In this document: positions 18,604-28,809 of the stretch, in pieces
How the letters are laid out: every line of letters starts with the position of its first letter
Position numbering within the stretch: position 1 is the first letter of the stretch
Source of the DNA: a virus
Lineage: Duplodnaviria > Caudoviricetes
Direction: 5' to 3' (one strand)
DNA: 59,395 nt
Virus record (IMG/VR): IMGVR_UViG_3300046693_000004
Location: 1-59,395 of that record
Position numbers and translations under genes: made by a program
The notes under the pieces: generated by a model
Told to the model about the DNA's origin: nothing
Seen by the model: only the letters and a program-made list of their open reading frames with translations
Database searches by the model: none

Positions 18604-18799
18604 CACCCGGCGATGCAAATGTAGTATCAAATCTAAGGCGTCAATTAAAAGAAGCTGTGGCTATTTATACAGATAAGCAGCTTGCTGATGCTTGGCGAAA
18701 TTTTAGTCAGTCTGAAGACTATCCTGAAATGGAAAAATTTATAGACTGGATTGAACCCACGGAAGACCAAGGCGAAGATGTACTAGGACTTAAGCCAGA

Positions 18800-19465
18800 A
18801 TGAACCTCTCTGACCTTAAACCAGCTTCAACATACGCTAATATGAGTGGATTAAAAGCCATTGTATATGGTCCTCCGGGTAGTGGAAAAACGCCTGTGTT
18901 CAACACAGCCACTAGACCATTACTGTTAGCTTGCGAGCCGGGTCTATTATCAATGCGAGGCTCGCAAGTACCTACCTTTCAAGCTCATACACCAGAAGCG
19001 CTAGATGATTTTTTTAAATGGTTATTCTCTAGCGCAGAGACTAAAAATTTTGATACTGTTGGTGTTGACAGTGTAAGCCAATTAGCTGATGTATATTTAC
19101 AGGCTGCTTTAAAAAAGCATAAGCATGGTTTGCAGGCATATGGAGAAATGGCAGAAAAGGTTATGGATATTCTACGTCCATTATTCTTTTTAAAAGAAAA
19201 ACATTGTTATTTAATCTGCAAGCAAACTATTGAAGCTGGAGTAATGAAGCCTTACTTTTTAGGAAAACAATTACCTACAGAAGTACCTCATTTATATGAT
19301 GCTATTTTGCATCTTGGGCTTCATAACGTGCCTCAAGTTGGACAAGTGCAGAGCTTCCAAACTAAACAAAGTTATGATATACTCGCGCGAGATAGAAGCG
19401 GTAGATTAGCTGAATTTGAACAACCTGATTTCGGTGCAATTATTAGAAAGGCGATGCAGACATGA
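18800..19465 (+). CDS. Sak4-like AAA ATPase / recombinase
   Basis: YGPPGSGKT, EPGLLS, VDSVSQ, ARDRSG. Confidence 0.85.
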   Translation: MNLSDLKPASTYANMSGLKAIVYGPPGSGKTPVFNTATRPLLLACEPGLLSMRGSQVPTFQAHTPEALDDFFKWLFSSAETKNFDTVGVDSVSQLADVYLQAALKKHKHGLQAYGEMAEKVMDILRPLFFLKEKHCYLICKQTIEAGVMKPYFLGKQLPTEVPHLYDAILHLGLHNVPQVGQVQSFQTKQSYDILARDRSGRLAEFEQPDFGAIIRKAMQT

Positions 19466-19692
19466 ATAGCTTAGAAGAAGCACAGCAAACTATGTATGAT
19501 CTTATCAAAAAGCTTGAACTTAAAATTAATTCTCTAGATGAAAATCAGAGTGTAAGAGCTAAAGCACTTGAATTTGCTAGCTGCATGTACATTAATGATA
19601 ATGGAAACAAGGGAGATACCAAAGCAGAAGGGTTTATTGCTTTTGCTAATGAAGTTTACAAATATCTTAAGGAAGGAAAGTCAAATGCCTAA
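19462..19692 (+). CDS. hypothetical protein
   Basis: 76 aa, coupled ORF. Confidence 0.6.
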   Translation: MNSLEEAQQTMYDLIKKLELKINSLDENQSVRAKALEFASCMYINDNGNKGDTKAEGFIAFANEVYKYLKEGKSNA

Positions 19693-19882
19693 AGGAGTTT
19701 ATAAGCGAAAGAAAGCTGGTAGGTCAAATGGAAGTAGGGATAAGCTGAAAGAGCTTATGCAACACACTCCACTATGGTCAACACCTACCGAACCTCCTAC
19801 TTTCCTATCTCGTCTTGAGGCAGCTACAGTTAAATATGAGCAAGCAATCAACGATACTATTACAGCTTTGAAAGGACAGTAG
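19685..19882 (+). CDS. hypothetical protein
   Basis: Start moved to MPKGVYKRKK. Confidence 0.6.
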   Translation: MPKGVYKRKKAGRSNGSRDKLKELMQHTPLWSTPTEPPTFLSRLEAATVKYEQAINDTITALKGQ

Positions 19883-20182
19883 ATGAATGATGATGAAATT
19901 GAAAAAGAAATTCAAGCTAAGGGTTTGAATGCGCCGCGCCTTAATCCTGCAAAAATTATGGCTACAATTCTTGCAGAACAATATTATGTATTTCCCGGAA
20001 CCGTAATGACAGTTTGTTGTCTTACACTTCAAAATGGCTATAATGTTGTGGGTACAAGTGCACCCGCCTCTCCTGAAAATTTTGATAAAGAAATGGGAGA
20101 AAAGATTTCTAAAACCAAGGCTCAGGACCAGATTTGGGCACTTGAAGGTTACTTGTTGAAATCAAAGCTGAAAGGACAGTAA
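19883..20182 (+). CDS. N4 gp49 / Sf6 gp66 family protein (candidate Acb4-type nucleotide sponge)
   Basis: IEKEIQAKGLNAPRL...TVCCLTLQNGYNVVGTSA..SPENFD.EMG...IWALEGYLL. Confidence 0.85.
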   Translation: MNDDEIEKEIQAKGLNAPRLNPAKIMATILAEQYYVFPGTVMTVCCLTLQNGYNVVGTSAPASPENFDKEMGEKISKTKAQDQIWALEGYLLKSKLKGQ

Positions 20183-20183
20183 A

Positions 20184-20399
20184 ATGCATCCATCAACATT
20201 CGAGTATCTGAAGCCTACTGATGAACAGATTAAGCAAATGGCTGTTGTCCGTGAAGCAGCAAAAGCTTATTGTGAAATTCTGGAAAGAATGCTTCCAGAT
20301 GGACCAGATAAAACTTATATGATTCGCAATCTTCGCAGTAACGCAATGTGGGCGAATATCGCAATTACTCGTTTGCCTGATGGCACTCCCCGTTCATAA
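20184..20399 (+). CDS. Acb2/Tad1-like helical hairpin protein
   Basis: FEYLKPTDEQ...R.AA......LPDGPDK...L..NAMWANIAITR. Confidence 0.6.
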   Translation: MHPSTFEYLKPTDEQIKQMAVVREAAKAYCEILERMLPDGPDKTYMIRNLRSNAMWANIAITRLPDGTPRS

Positions 20400-20416
20400 C
20401 AAAAGGAACTAATTAA

Positions 20417-21094
20417 ATGCAACCCTATAACTTTGATGCTACTAATATCACACCGCAACAAGGTGCTGGCGCACATCCAGCCGGTATGTTTCCATTTGTA
20501 ATTACTAATACATTTGGACAAGATACCAAGGCTAAGGATGGTGCTATGCTTTGTGTAGTGATGACTTCCAATGTTGGGAGTATCACCAATCGCTACAATA
20601 TTTTCAATGCTAGCGAAGCTGCAATGGAGATTGCCAAGAAAGAGCTTAGCGCATTGTGCCATGCAACTGGTGTATTTGTGTTGACTATTGTTGATGGTAA
20701 TAACCAGTTGCTTCCTTATGACCAATGGGCACGTGAAATTCGTAACGCTCGCGGTGTGATGGAAATTGGGCCGCAAGCCAACGACCCAAAATACATGGAA
20801 GTTAAAAAGGTTTATGACCAAGCCGGTAATGAACCCGGTAAATCTCCCGGTGCAGCACCACAGCCACAGGGGCAAGGTGGTGGCGGTAGTTGGGGTGCTG
20901 GTGCTCCTGCTCAGAATAACCCGCCAGCCTCTACAGGCGGTCAGGGAGGGGCTTGGGCACCTAATTCGGGTAGCAATCCTCCAGCCAATAATCCCCCTGC
21001 TCAGGGAGGCTGGCAACCCGGCCCAACTGGCGGTGCTCCTGCTAGTGGTGGCGCTCCCGGCAATCCGCCTTGGGCTGGTGGTGGTCAGAAGTAG
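20417..21094 (+). CDS. DUF669-like ssDNA-binding protein
   Basis: FDAT...HPAG...RYNIFN...IAKKELSALCHATG; G/P/Q-rich tail ending PPWA. Confidence 0.75.
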   Translation: MQPYNFDATNITPQQGAGAHPAGMFPFVITNTFGQDTKAKDGAMLCVVMTSNVGSITNRYNIFNASEAAMEIAKKELSALCHATGVFVLTIVDGNNQLLPYDQWAREIRNARGVMEIGPQANDPKYMEVKKVYDQAGNEPGKSPGAAPQPQGQGGGGSWGAGAPAQNNPPASTGGQGGAWAPNSGSNPPANNPPAQGGWQPGPTGGAPASGGAPGNPPWAGGGQK

Positions 21095-21156
21095 CTTTCA
21101 ACCCTGTTCATAAATAAGGCAGGGAAAATAAAAATAACCGTATAAGCTAACTTAAC

Positions 21157-21184
21157 AGCAGGGGTGAAGTAGCCCCTGCTTTTT
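21157..21184 (+). terminator. Rho-independent terminator
   Basis: AGCAGGGG-N8-CCCCTGCT followed by a T run. Confidence 0.8.
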
Positions 21185-21197
21185 AGGAGTTGAAGGG

Positions 21198-21401
21198 ATG
21201 ATTAAATATATTTTAATAGTGTTGTATATAATTGCCATACCTTTTAGTTATAGTGGTTGCTTAGGATATTTTATGACTAAATACCCTTCTTCTATTATTC
21301 AGGAAGAAAGAGCTTTTTGTACTATGATAACCATATGGCCTCTTGGTCCATTTATTGTGCCATTTCACACTGGTTTTTATTATAGAGGCTTTATGCTGTA
21401 A
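21198..21401 (+). CDS. small membrane protein
   Basis: Two hydrophobic segments; AGGAG RBS. Confidence 0.55.
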   Translation: MIKYILIVLYIIAIPFSYSGCLGYFMTKYPSSIIQEERAFCTMITIWPLGPFIVPFHTGFYYRGFML

Positions 21402-22309
21402 TGCCCACAATCACCCTCAATTCAGATGGCTCATTTCCACTTCAGGAAATAACAGCAGAGCTATATAAGCTCACTGATGAATATAGCATTGAAACTTATC
21501 CAGCAAAGCATCGTGAACATTTAGGTGCGTCGGCTATTGGTGAAGAGTGTTATCGTAAGCTCTATTATGATTTCCGTTGGGTTAAACTTCAGAATGCCGA
21601 ACCTCGAATGCGTCGATTGTGGGCAAGGGGACATAGTGAAGAAGAGAAAATTGATAAGATATTAACTTGGATGGGTTTCTTTGTTCGCGAGATTGATCCT
21701 GTAACTAATAAACAATATAAATTTAGTGCTGTAGAGGGTCACTATGGAGGGTCGGGGGATGGCATTGCATTGCTACCTTGGTTTAGGGAAGATGATAGTA
21801 AGCGAATATTAGTTGAAAAGAAAACGTTTAAAAATGATTTATTTAATAAGCTAAAGGGTGCCTACAATCAAGAGAAGACTAAAGGAATTGGTGAAGGATT
21901 AATTACGAGCAATCCGAAATATTGGGCACAGCAATGTGCATATGGCCGCGCTTTCAAGCTAAACTATTCATTATTCATCGCAGTCAATAAAGACAATGAC
22001 GAAATTCATTATGAATTAAACAAACTGGATTGGGATTATGCTTTACTATTGGAGAATAAAGCTAGGGATGTTATTTACGCGAAAGAGCCACCAGCTAGGA
22101 TTTCAGAGAACCCCGTATTTTATAAATGTAAATGGTGTCATCATCAGGACGTATGTCACCACGGAGAAGTTGTAGAGACTAATTGCCGATCTTGTAAGAT
22201 GGCAGTACCGGCTCCTAATGGGGAATGGGGGTGCAATAAGTTTAATATGTTGATACCGGAAGACTTCATCAAGGTTGGTTGTGAGCACCATCAGAGTGTA
22301 AATGAATAG
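21401..22309 (+). CDS. Cas4-like / PD-(D/E)xK exonuclease
   Basis: HLGASAIGEEC.R, GSGDG, VEKKT, YWAQ, C-terminal CKWC/CRSC cysteines. Confidence 0.85.
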   Translation: MPTITLNSDGSFPLQEITAELYKLTDEYSIETYPAKHREHLGASAIGEECYRKLYYDFRWVKLQNAEPRMRRLWARGHSEEEKIDKILTWMGFFVREIDPVTNKQYKFSAVEGHYGGSGDGIALLPWFREDDSKRILVEKKTFKNDLFNKLKGAYNQEKTKGIGEGLITSNPKYWAQQCAYGRAFKLNYSLFIAVNKDNDEIHYELNKLDWDYALLLENKARDVIYAKEPPARISENPVFYKCKWCHHQDVCHHGEVVETNCRSCKMAVPAPNGEWGCNKFNMLIPEDFIKVGCEHHQSVNE

Positions 22310-22316
22310 GTGATTT

Positions 22317-22637
22317 ATGGACGATAAGGACATTCCAGTTACAGCATTAAATCCTTGGCATCCTGTAACTAATGCCATAGACTTAAAAATTCTAGGAAAG
22401 CTTGGTGAAGAAGTAAATGAATTAGGTTCCGCTATTTCACGCTGCATTATTCAAGGTGTAGATGAATGCGAGCCAGTTACTAAAAAGCCTAATAAGGAAT
22501 GGTTAGAGAACGAAATTGCTGATGTTAAAGCAGGAATATTCTTGACCGAAGAACGCTTTGCTTTAGATAAGGAACGAATTACAGCTAGAGCAAGAGCTAA
22601 GATTAGTGCGCTTAGGCAGTGGCATTACATGGCATGA
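22317..22637 (+). CDS. MazG-like NTP pyrophosphohydrolase
   Basis: KLGEEVNEL...ENEIADV. Confidence 0.7.
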   Translation: MDDKDIPVTALNPWHPVTNAIDLKILGKLGEEVNELGSAISRCIIQGVDECEPVTKKPNKEWLENEIADVKAGIFLTEERFALDKERITARARAKISALRQWHYMA

Positions 22638-24241
22638 TTGAATTAAGACCATACCAAGCAGAAGGATTAACCGCTTTGTGGGATTATTTCGCACAAGGGA
22701 ATAAAGGTAATCCTCTCATAGCTTGGCCTACAGGAACAGGGAAGAGCATAGTACCTGCAATCTGGATTCGCTACGTAATGGGCCAATGGCCTAATCAGCG
22801 TTTCTTAATGATAACGCATGTGAAGGAGCTTATTCAGCAGAATTATGATGTTCTTAGAATGGTGTGGCCTAACGCACCAGTCAGTATTTATTCAGCAGGA
22901 TTAGGCTTAAAAAATCCTGCAATGCCGATTGTGTTTGGTGGCGTGCAGTCAATGTGCAAACACCCTGCTATATTCGGTTGGCGGGATATTATTTTTATTG
23001 ACGAAGCTCATTTAATTAATCAGCATGATACAAGCATGTATAAAACATTCTTGTCTACAATGAAGTTGATTAACCCAAATGTAAAAATCATAGGAATGTC
23101 TGCAACTCCCTTCAGAATGGGTTGGGGACTGATTACCGATCCATTGGTAGATGAACATGGAAACGATGGACGACTATTTACCGATATTGTTCACGATATT
23201 ACTGAAATGGAATCATTCAATCGTCTTATCGCAGAAGGATATATATCGCCACTTATTCCTGTTCGCACTCATGAAGAGTTAGACATTACAGGAGTAGGTG
23301 TTAATGGTGGTGAATATATTCAAAGTCAGCTTCAAGCGGCTGTTGATAAGCAAGACCTTAATTATAAAATCTGCCAAGAAATAACAGCAGTAGGAGCTAA
23401 TAGACGTTGCTGGTTAACGTTTGCATCAGGTATTGATCATGCAGAGCATTTAGCAGAAAATTTTAGAAGTTTTGGTATTAGTGCTGCTGCCATTCACTCA
23501 AAGCAGAAATCAGAATACAATGACGAAGCTATCAAGGATTTTAAGAACTTCAAGCTTCGCTGTATTATCAATTATGGTAAGCTGACTACAGGATTTAATC
23601 ATCCTCAAATAGATTATATCCCGATGGTGCGCGCTACACTCTCTGTTCCTTTGTGGGTACAGATGCTAGGACGTGGCACTAGACCAGCAGAAGGCAAAAT
23701 TAACTGCTTGGTAGGCGATTATGCGCGAAATACGCCTCGTCTAGGGCCTATCAATGACCCTGTAATTCCTAGAAAAAAAGGTGAGGGTGTTGGCGATGTG
23801 CCCGTCAAGTTGTGTGATAGTTGTGGCGCTTATAATCATACTCGTGTACAATTCTGTTGCCAATGCGGGAATGAATTTCAATTTAGGAATAAGCTTGTCG
23901 CTAAAGCTGGTACACAAGCGTTATTAAAAAGTGACATTCCAGAAATTATAGATTATAATGTCACCTATCCTACGTATGCGAAGAAGATGGGTAAAAGTGG
24001 TGGCGAATATATACTAGTAACTTACCATTGCGGCGCACATGCATTTAAGGAATTTATTTTTCCTGAAGGCAAAGGATCGCTAAAGCATAAATATCACCTA
24101 TGGTGGAGGCAGCGCGCAAATATCCCGCCTCCTGAGACTGTAGATGGTGTAATTAGTCATGCTAAGGAATTAATGAAGCCTAAGACTATATCGGTATGGG
24201 CGAATAAAAAATTTCCTGAAGTTATGAGAAGTGAGTTTTGA
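22634..24241 (+). CDS. SF2 (DEAH-type) helicase with C-terminal zinc ribbon
   Basis: LRPYQ, PTGTGKS, DEAH, SATP, LTTGFN, QMLGRG.R, CDSC/CCQC. Confidence 0.92.
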   Translation: MIELRPYQAEGLTALWDYFAQGNKGNPLIAWPTGTGKSIVPAIWIRYVMGQWPNQRFLMITHVKELIQQNYDVLRMVWPNAPVSIYSAGLGLKNPAMPIVFGGVQSMCKHPAIFGWRDIIFIDEAHLINQHDTSMYKTFLSTMKLINPNVKIIGMSATPFRMGWGLITDPLVDEHGNDGRLFTDIVHDITEMESFNRLIAEGYISPLIPVRTHEELDITGVGVNGGEYIQSQLQAAVDKQDLNYKICQEITAVGANRRCWLTFASGIDHAEHLAENFRSFGISAAAIHSKQKSEYNDEAIKDFKNFKLRCIINYGKLTTGFNHPQIDYIPMVRATLSVPLWVQMLGRGTRPAEGKINCLVGDYARNTPRLGPINDPVIPRKKGEGVGDVPVKLCDSCGAYNHTRVQFCCQCGNEFQFRNKLVAKAGTQALLKSDIPEIIDYNVTYPTYAKKMGKSGGEYILVTYHCGAHAFKEFIFPEGKGSLKHKYHLWWRQRANIPPPETVDGVISHAKELMKPKTISVWANKKFPEVMRSEF

Positions 24242-24449
24242 AGATGTATGACACCGGATTTGATTATCATTGTTCTATTTATGTAGATAATGAAGACGAT
24301 AAGCCAAGTAAAGAAGCTATTGCCATAATGAAAAATAATTTACAAGGTGTTAAAAATAGAGACAATGTGAATACATCACGGCCTAAGGAAAAATGGTTTT
24401 TTTGATAAAGAGGCTAATAAGTGGATATATATTTTAGGCGTTATTAAAA

Positions 24450-24671
24450 ATGCCTAAGCTACGAATGGAACAATACTATGACTTACGCTCGCTAATCCGC
24501 GATGCTGTGCTAAAAACAATTCAAACAGATTGTGCATACGAATCCTGCTTAGTCTGTGAAAAATTCGATGAAGCCAATGAGCTATGCAAGCTAGCTAACC
24601 AGCGTCCACCAGCAAGAGTAATTGCTTATGGGTGTCCTAGCTTTACAGATAAAGAGCAACCACCTTTTTAG
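24450..24671 (+). CDS. Cys-rich small protein
   Basis: SCLVC...C...RPPARVIAYGC. Confidence 0.6.
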   Translation: MPKLRMEQYYDLRSLIRDAVLKTIQTDCAYESCLVCEKFDEANELCKLANQRPPARVIAYGCPSFTDKEQPPF

Positions 24672-24909
24672 GAATTGATAATGCAAATAATTAAAATTAA
24701 TCAGTATGATGCAGTTACAAATAGTTACGTAAGAATAACTATTAAAGGCGAGCTTGTTTCTATTGAGCAAGAAAGAAGTTTACAAGGTAAAATTAACGAG
24801 GCTATTTGGAGTAATCTTTGGCCTAATCTAGCTAAAGATGCTAGATTTGCACCAATGGAAATTGTAGATGCCTTAGAAAAAGGCGGCTTAAAGATAGTAG
24901 ATAAATAAC

Positions 24910-25923
24910 ATGGGCCGTAAACCAAATAAAATCAAAACTACAAACCCTTTCCTTGAGGCTATTCAATTTGTTGGTACTGCTTTAAAAGAAACTGGCACAG
25001 CCTACGAGACACACATCTATCTCAACAACAATTGGGCTATAGCTAACAACGGTGTTCTAGCTGTAGGATGTCCTATTAGCTGGCCTAACATCGCCACGCC
25101 TAATTATAGCTTATTCGCTGCTGCCTTGTCTAAGTGTGGGTCAGATTGGGAAATAGCTGTTATAGCACCACCGCTTGATGCTGACCCAACATTAAAACAC
25201 ACGTCCAAATTACGAATTAGCCAAGGTAAATTTCGCGCCTTCATTCCTTGCTGCGATCCAATCACTATTGTTTTGCCCACAATTGACCAGCCGATAGCGG
25301 CTATCAATAACAATTTTCGCACTGGAATTGAAAAAGTTTCGATGCTTGCTAATGACAATGGTCAATCTGTAATTGAAGCATCTATTTTAATGAATGGTCA
25401 ATCGCTTATAGGTACAGACAGAACTATTATTATTGAATATTGGCATGGATGCAACTTACCGCCCGGTTTAGCTCTACCTAAAGCTTTTGCTGTAGCATTG
25501 TGTAAGATATCTAAAAATCTTGTATCTTTTGGATTTAGCGCAAATAGCGCCACTTTCTACTTTGAGGATAATAGTTGGATTAAGACACAGCTGTTTAGTG
25601 AAAGCTGGCCAGATGTAAATGCAATCATGGCTAGAGGCTCAAATCCTCAACCTATTCCGAAGGGATTATTTGATGCAGTTAAAACTATTGAATCTTTCTC
25701 ACCGGATAATTTGGTTCACTTTGATGCTGGCATACTGCGCTCCCATTCTAATTCTGATACTGGCGCTAGCTTTGAAGTATCAGGGTTGCCTAAAGGGCCT
25801 ATTTTCAACATCAAATATTTAAAGCTAATTGAAAATCTAGCTACTAGCATTGATTTCTTTGCTGGTAATGCTACGTTGTTTTTTGGTGAATCGGTCAGGG
25901 GCGCTATCGCAAATAGGGTGTAG
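24910..25923 (+). CDS. DNA sliding clamp (beta-clamp-like)
   Basis: 337 aa, next to the polymerase; GTDRT, WIKTQLFSESWPDV, FNIKYL resemble beta-clamp motifs. Confidence 0.6.
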   Translation: MGRKPNKIKTTNPFLEAIQFVGTALKETGTAYETHIYLNNNWAIANNGVLAVGCPISWPNIATPNYSLFAAALSKCGSDWEIAVIAPPLDADPTLKHTSKLRISQGKFRAFIPCCDPITIVLPTIDQPIAAINNNFRTGIEKVSMLANDNGQSVIEASILMNGQSLIGTDRTIIIEYWHGCNLPPGLALPKAFAVALCKISKNLVSFGFSANSATFYFEDNSWIKTQLFSESWPDVNAIMARGSNPQPIPKGLFDAVKTIESFSPDNLVHFDAGILRSHSNSDTGASFEVSGLPKGPIFNIKYLKLIENLATSIDFFAGNATLFFGESVRGAIANRV

Positions 25924-26085
25924 GGAAATGAAGGGTGATAAAACTAAGCAACCAACAGAATGTAGAATAGATGAAGAAAATAAATGCTTAAATATGAAAT
26001 GCAGTTATGAAGGATACGATAAAGAAACTTATCGCTGCGATATTTGCGGCGAAAGTTATAATTTATATTACTATGATATGCAGTA

Positions 26086-28017
26086 ATGCCCACACTTAAT
26101 GCTGATGGCTTCCTAACAACTTCGCGCAAGGTTGAACTACAGCCATATCAACCACGCGAGCTAATCCTGTGGCAGGAAATGACAGATGAAGATATTCGTA
26201 GCAATTCTGGCGATCTTATTTTTGATTCTGAGTGCTACACTAACTATTATTTGGCCGCGTTTAAACATATTACCACAAACAAAATTATCAAGCTTGTACC
26301 GCCTTTTGATCCTAGGAAGCTTAGCTATATTCTTCATTCTTACAATTGCATTGGCTTTAATTCGATAAAGTATGATTTACCTTTATTGTGGGCAGCATAT
26401 AAAAATCAGAATTTAGGCTTCTTAAAGCAAGTTTCTAATGATCTAGTGCGCGGCGAATGGTATCAGGAAGTTTGCAAGGTTCACGGAATAGTAGTTCATC
26501 AAACTCCTAATATTGACCTTATTGAGGTTTGTCCAAATAAAGGTAGCCTTAAGCTCTATGCAGCACGTTTGCATGTACAACGTATTCAAGAGCTTCCATA
26601 TCATCATATGGATATTCTTGACGAGCAACAAAAATTAGTTGTAGCAGATTATTGTATTAATGGGGATTTACCAGCTACAGAATTGATATTTAAATTCAAT
26701 AAAGATCGCTTAGAACTTCGCCGCTATCTTGGTATAAAGTATCAAGATAATCTTATGAGCAAATCAGACGCTCAGATGGCAGAAGCAATTGTTGTTAAGG
26801 AGTTGACGCGAAAGACTGGCAAGCGACCGAAGAAAGCAGACTTAACGGAAGAATATAATTTTTACTATCAACCTCCTACATACCTACAATTCAGGACACC
26901 ACAGCTACAAGAATTGTTAGCCTCGATCACTACCCATAAATTCACTCTTGACGACATAGCCAGAATTAAGGTTCCTGAGTTTCTTAAGAGTAGTGAGGGT
27001 AAAGGAGTTACATTAAGCATTAAAGATTTCTCTTGTACATTTGGAATTGGTGGACTTCATAGTAAGGAAAAGACAGTAGCTTATAAAGCAGAAAACAGTT
27101 ATTTTATTTCAGATAATGATGCTGCGAGTTACTACCCGGCTATCATTCGAAATCTTGGTTTATATCCTGAGCACCTAGGACCAATTTTCCTAGATGTTTT
27201 TAACGGAATGACTGAAGACCGCTTGCGCGCTAAAGCTCTTAAGCAATTTGCTGAAGACAAAGGGTTGAAGATCGCCATTAACGGCATTAGTGGAAAATAT
27301 AATTCAGAACACAGCGTAGTATTTTCGCCGCGATGCTATGTGCAGATGACACTTACCGGGCAGCTATCTATTCTGCTGCTCATAGAATATTTAGAGCATG
27401 AAGGTTTAAAAGTTATCAATGCTAATACAGATGGAATTGTTATTTACGGAAATAATTATGAATTATTAAGGCAAATTATAGCATATTGGGAAAGTCAAGT
27501 TAACTTCAAAACAGAAGAGACTTTTTATAAGGCGTATTACGCACGAGATGTGAATGCATATTTTGCTGTTAAGGAAACTGGTGAAGTCAAAGTTAAAGGT
27601 CCATACTCTGAAGTTGGTTCACAGACTGGAACACAGCTAGATAACAATCCAATTATGCTTATTTGCTCTGATGCTATTAAGAAGATGTTAAATGAAGGTG
27701 TGGAGATAGAGAAGACGATTATAGAATGTAAGGACATTACTCGATTTGTAACGGTGCGAAATGTCAAAGGTGGTGCCCACAAATCAGGACATTACTTAGG
27801 CAAAGTCATTCGCTGGTACTATGGCAAAGGTGAGCTAGGAACAATCAATTATGTTGAGACTAATAACAAAGTGCCAATGACTGAAGGCGCTATACCACTT
27901 ATGGACCTAGGAGATTTCCCAAGCGATCTAGATCACCAACGATACATTGATGAAGCTAAGGCGATCCTATATGATGTTGGATACCTAAAGCGATCACAGG
28001 AGGTTAAATTTTTCTGA
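26086..28017 (+). CDS. family B DNA polymerase with 3'-5' exonuclease
   Basis: ExoI FDSE, ExoII FNSIKYD, ExoIII YCINGD; polymerase motifs DAASYYP, KIAING, NTDG. Confidence 0.9.
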   Translation: MPTLNADGFLTTSRKVELQPYQPRELILWQEMTDEDIRSNSGDLIFDSECYTNYYLAAFKHITTNKIIKLVPPFDPRKLSYILHSYNCIGFNSIKYDLPLLWAAYKNQNLGFLKQVSNDLVRGEWYQEVCKVHGIVVHQTPNIDLIEVCPNKGSLKLYAARLHVQRIQELPYHHMDILDEQQKLVVADYCINGDLPATELIFKFNKDRLELRRYLGIKYQDNLMSKSDAQMAEAIVVKELTRKTGKRPKKADLTEEYNFYYQPPTYLQFRTPQLQELLASITTHKFTLDDIARIKVPEFLKSSEGKGVTLSIKDFSCTFGIGGLHSKEKTVAYKAENSYFISDNDAASYYPAIIRNLGLYPEHLGPIFLDVFNGMTEDRLRAKALKQFAEDKGLKIAINGISGKYNSEHSVVFSPRCYVQMTLTGQLSILLLIEYLEHEGLKVINANTDGIVIYGNNYELLRQIIAYWESQVNFKTEETFYKAYYARDVNAYFAVKETGEVKVKGPYSEVGSQTGTQLDNNPIMLICSDAIKKMLNEGVEIEKTIIECKDITRFVTVRNVKGGAHKSGHYLGKVIRWYYGKGELGTINYVETNNKVPMTEGAIPLMDLGDFPSDLDHQRYIDEAKAILYDVGYLKRSQEVKFF

Positions 28018-28253
28018 TGAATGTCCTTAAAGCCATGCAAGATACTACAAGAATTGCTTTTGAACGATGCATGAAAGGTGAGGGTAGTTTAAGCTATGAA
28101 CACATAGCTGGAATGCAGATTACAATGCAGGAATCGGAAATGTCTTATGGTAAAATGTGCCGCTGGTTAGGTTGGGCACAATGTGCCGTTGTAGCTTCAG
28201 GAGTAGCTACATTAGATGATATGAAGGCAATTAACACACTCAATAAAGCATAG
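28017..28253 (+). CDS. hypothetical protein
   Basis: 78 aa, K.CRWLGW.Q motif. Confidence 0.6.
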   Translation: MNVLKAMQDTTRIAFERCMKGEGSLSYEHIAGMQITMQESEMSYGKMCRWLGWAQCAVVASGVATLDDMKAINTLNKA

Positions 28254-28809
28254 CCATTCTACTACCCGGATTAACAATCGTAAATCCAGCAATGGAACGG
28301 TTATGAATCCTTATGCGTCCACCACCCGAATTAGCATCCCATGATTTCCAAATATTTCCGCTAGTGTGACTTACCAATTGAAATACATGACCACGCCTAG
28401 CAGCTACCATTCCCGGTGCCGCTTCAGCCCTAGGGAAGCGTAGCCAGTTAGCAGCTAGCCATAGATCGCGCTTGGCCGTGCCGAAAATTTTAATCGCCAG
28501 AGCACAGCCACAGAACCGATGGGGGCAACCCTGTGGCCTTCCCCCGATAACCTCACCCACGCCTCGCGCTACGCGCCTAGCGACCCATTGAACAGGGTCA
28601 GAGGCATAGGTTTCGCCAGCATAGCGGGGAACAGAAACCCGGTTCCTATGTTGGCGTTGTGCGTAATGCCGTACCTTCACTCTTTTGTGAGCATAAGAAA
28701 GTGCGCGAGCAGTTGAATAATTTTTTCGACTATCAAAATAACGATCATCAGATTGAGCATTGGCGTTAGTAATGAAAAGTAAGCTAATAATAACAAGCAA
28801 ATATTTCAT
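28240..28809 (-). CDS. secreted CHAP/NlpC-P60-like cysteine peptidase (putative cell-wall hydrolase)
   Basis: Sec signal MKYLL...ANA|Q; FCGC, LAANW, PGMVAARRGHV, DANSGG. Confidence 0.6.
   Translation of the reverse strand: MKYLLVIISLLFITNANAQSDDRYFDSRKNYSTARALSYAHKRVKVRHYAQRQHRNRVSVPRYAGETYASDPVQWVARRVARGVGEVIGGRPQGCPHRFCGCALAIKIFGTAKRDLWLAANWLRFPRAEAAPGMVAARRGHVFQLVSHTSGNIWKSWDANSGGGRIRIHNRSIAGFTIVNPGSRMAMLY

Noticed and set aside
27271-27300. Polymerase motif B reads NGISGK rather than NSxYG; primase-helicase Walker B region reads ILGEF
   Set aside because: Such variants seem plausible within these phage families; without an alignment I cannot claim altered activity
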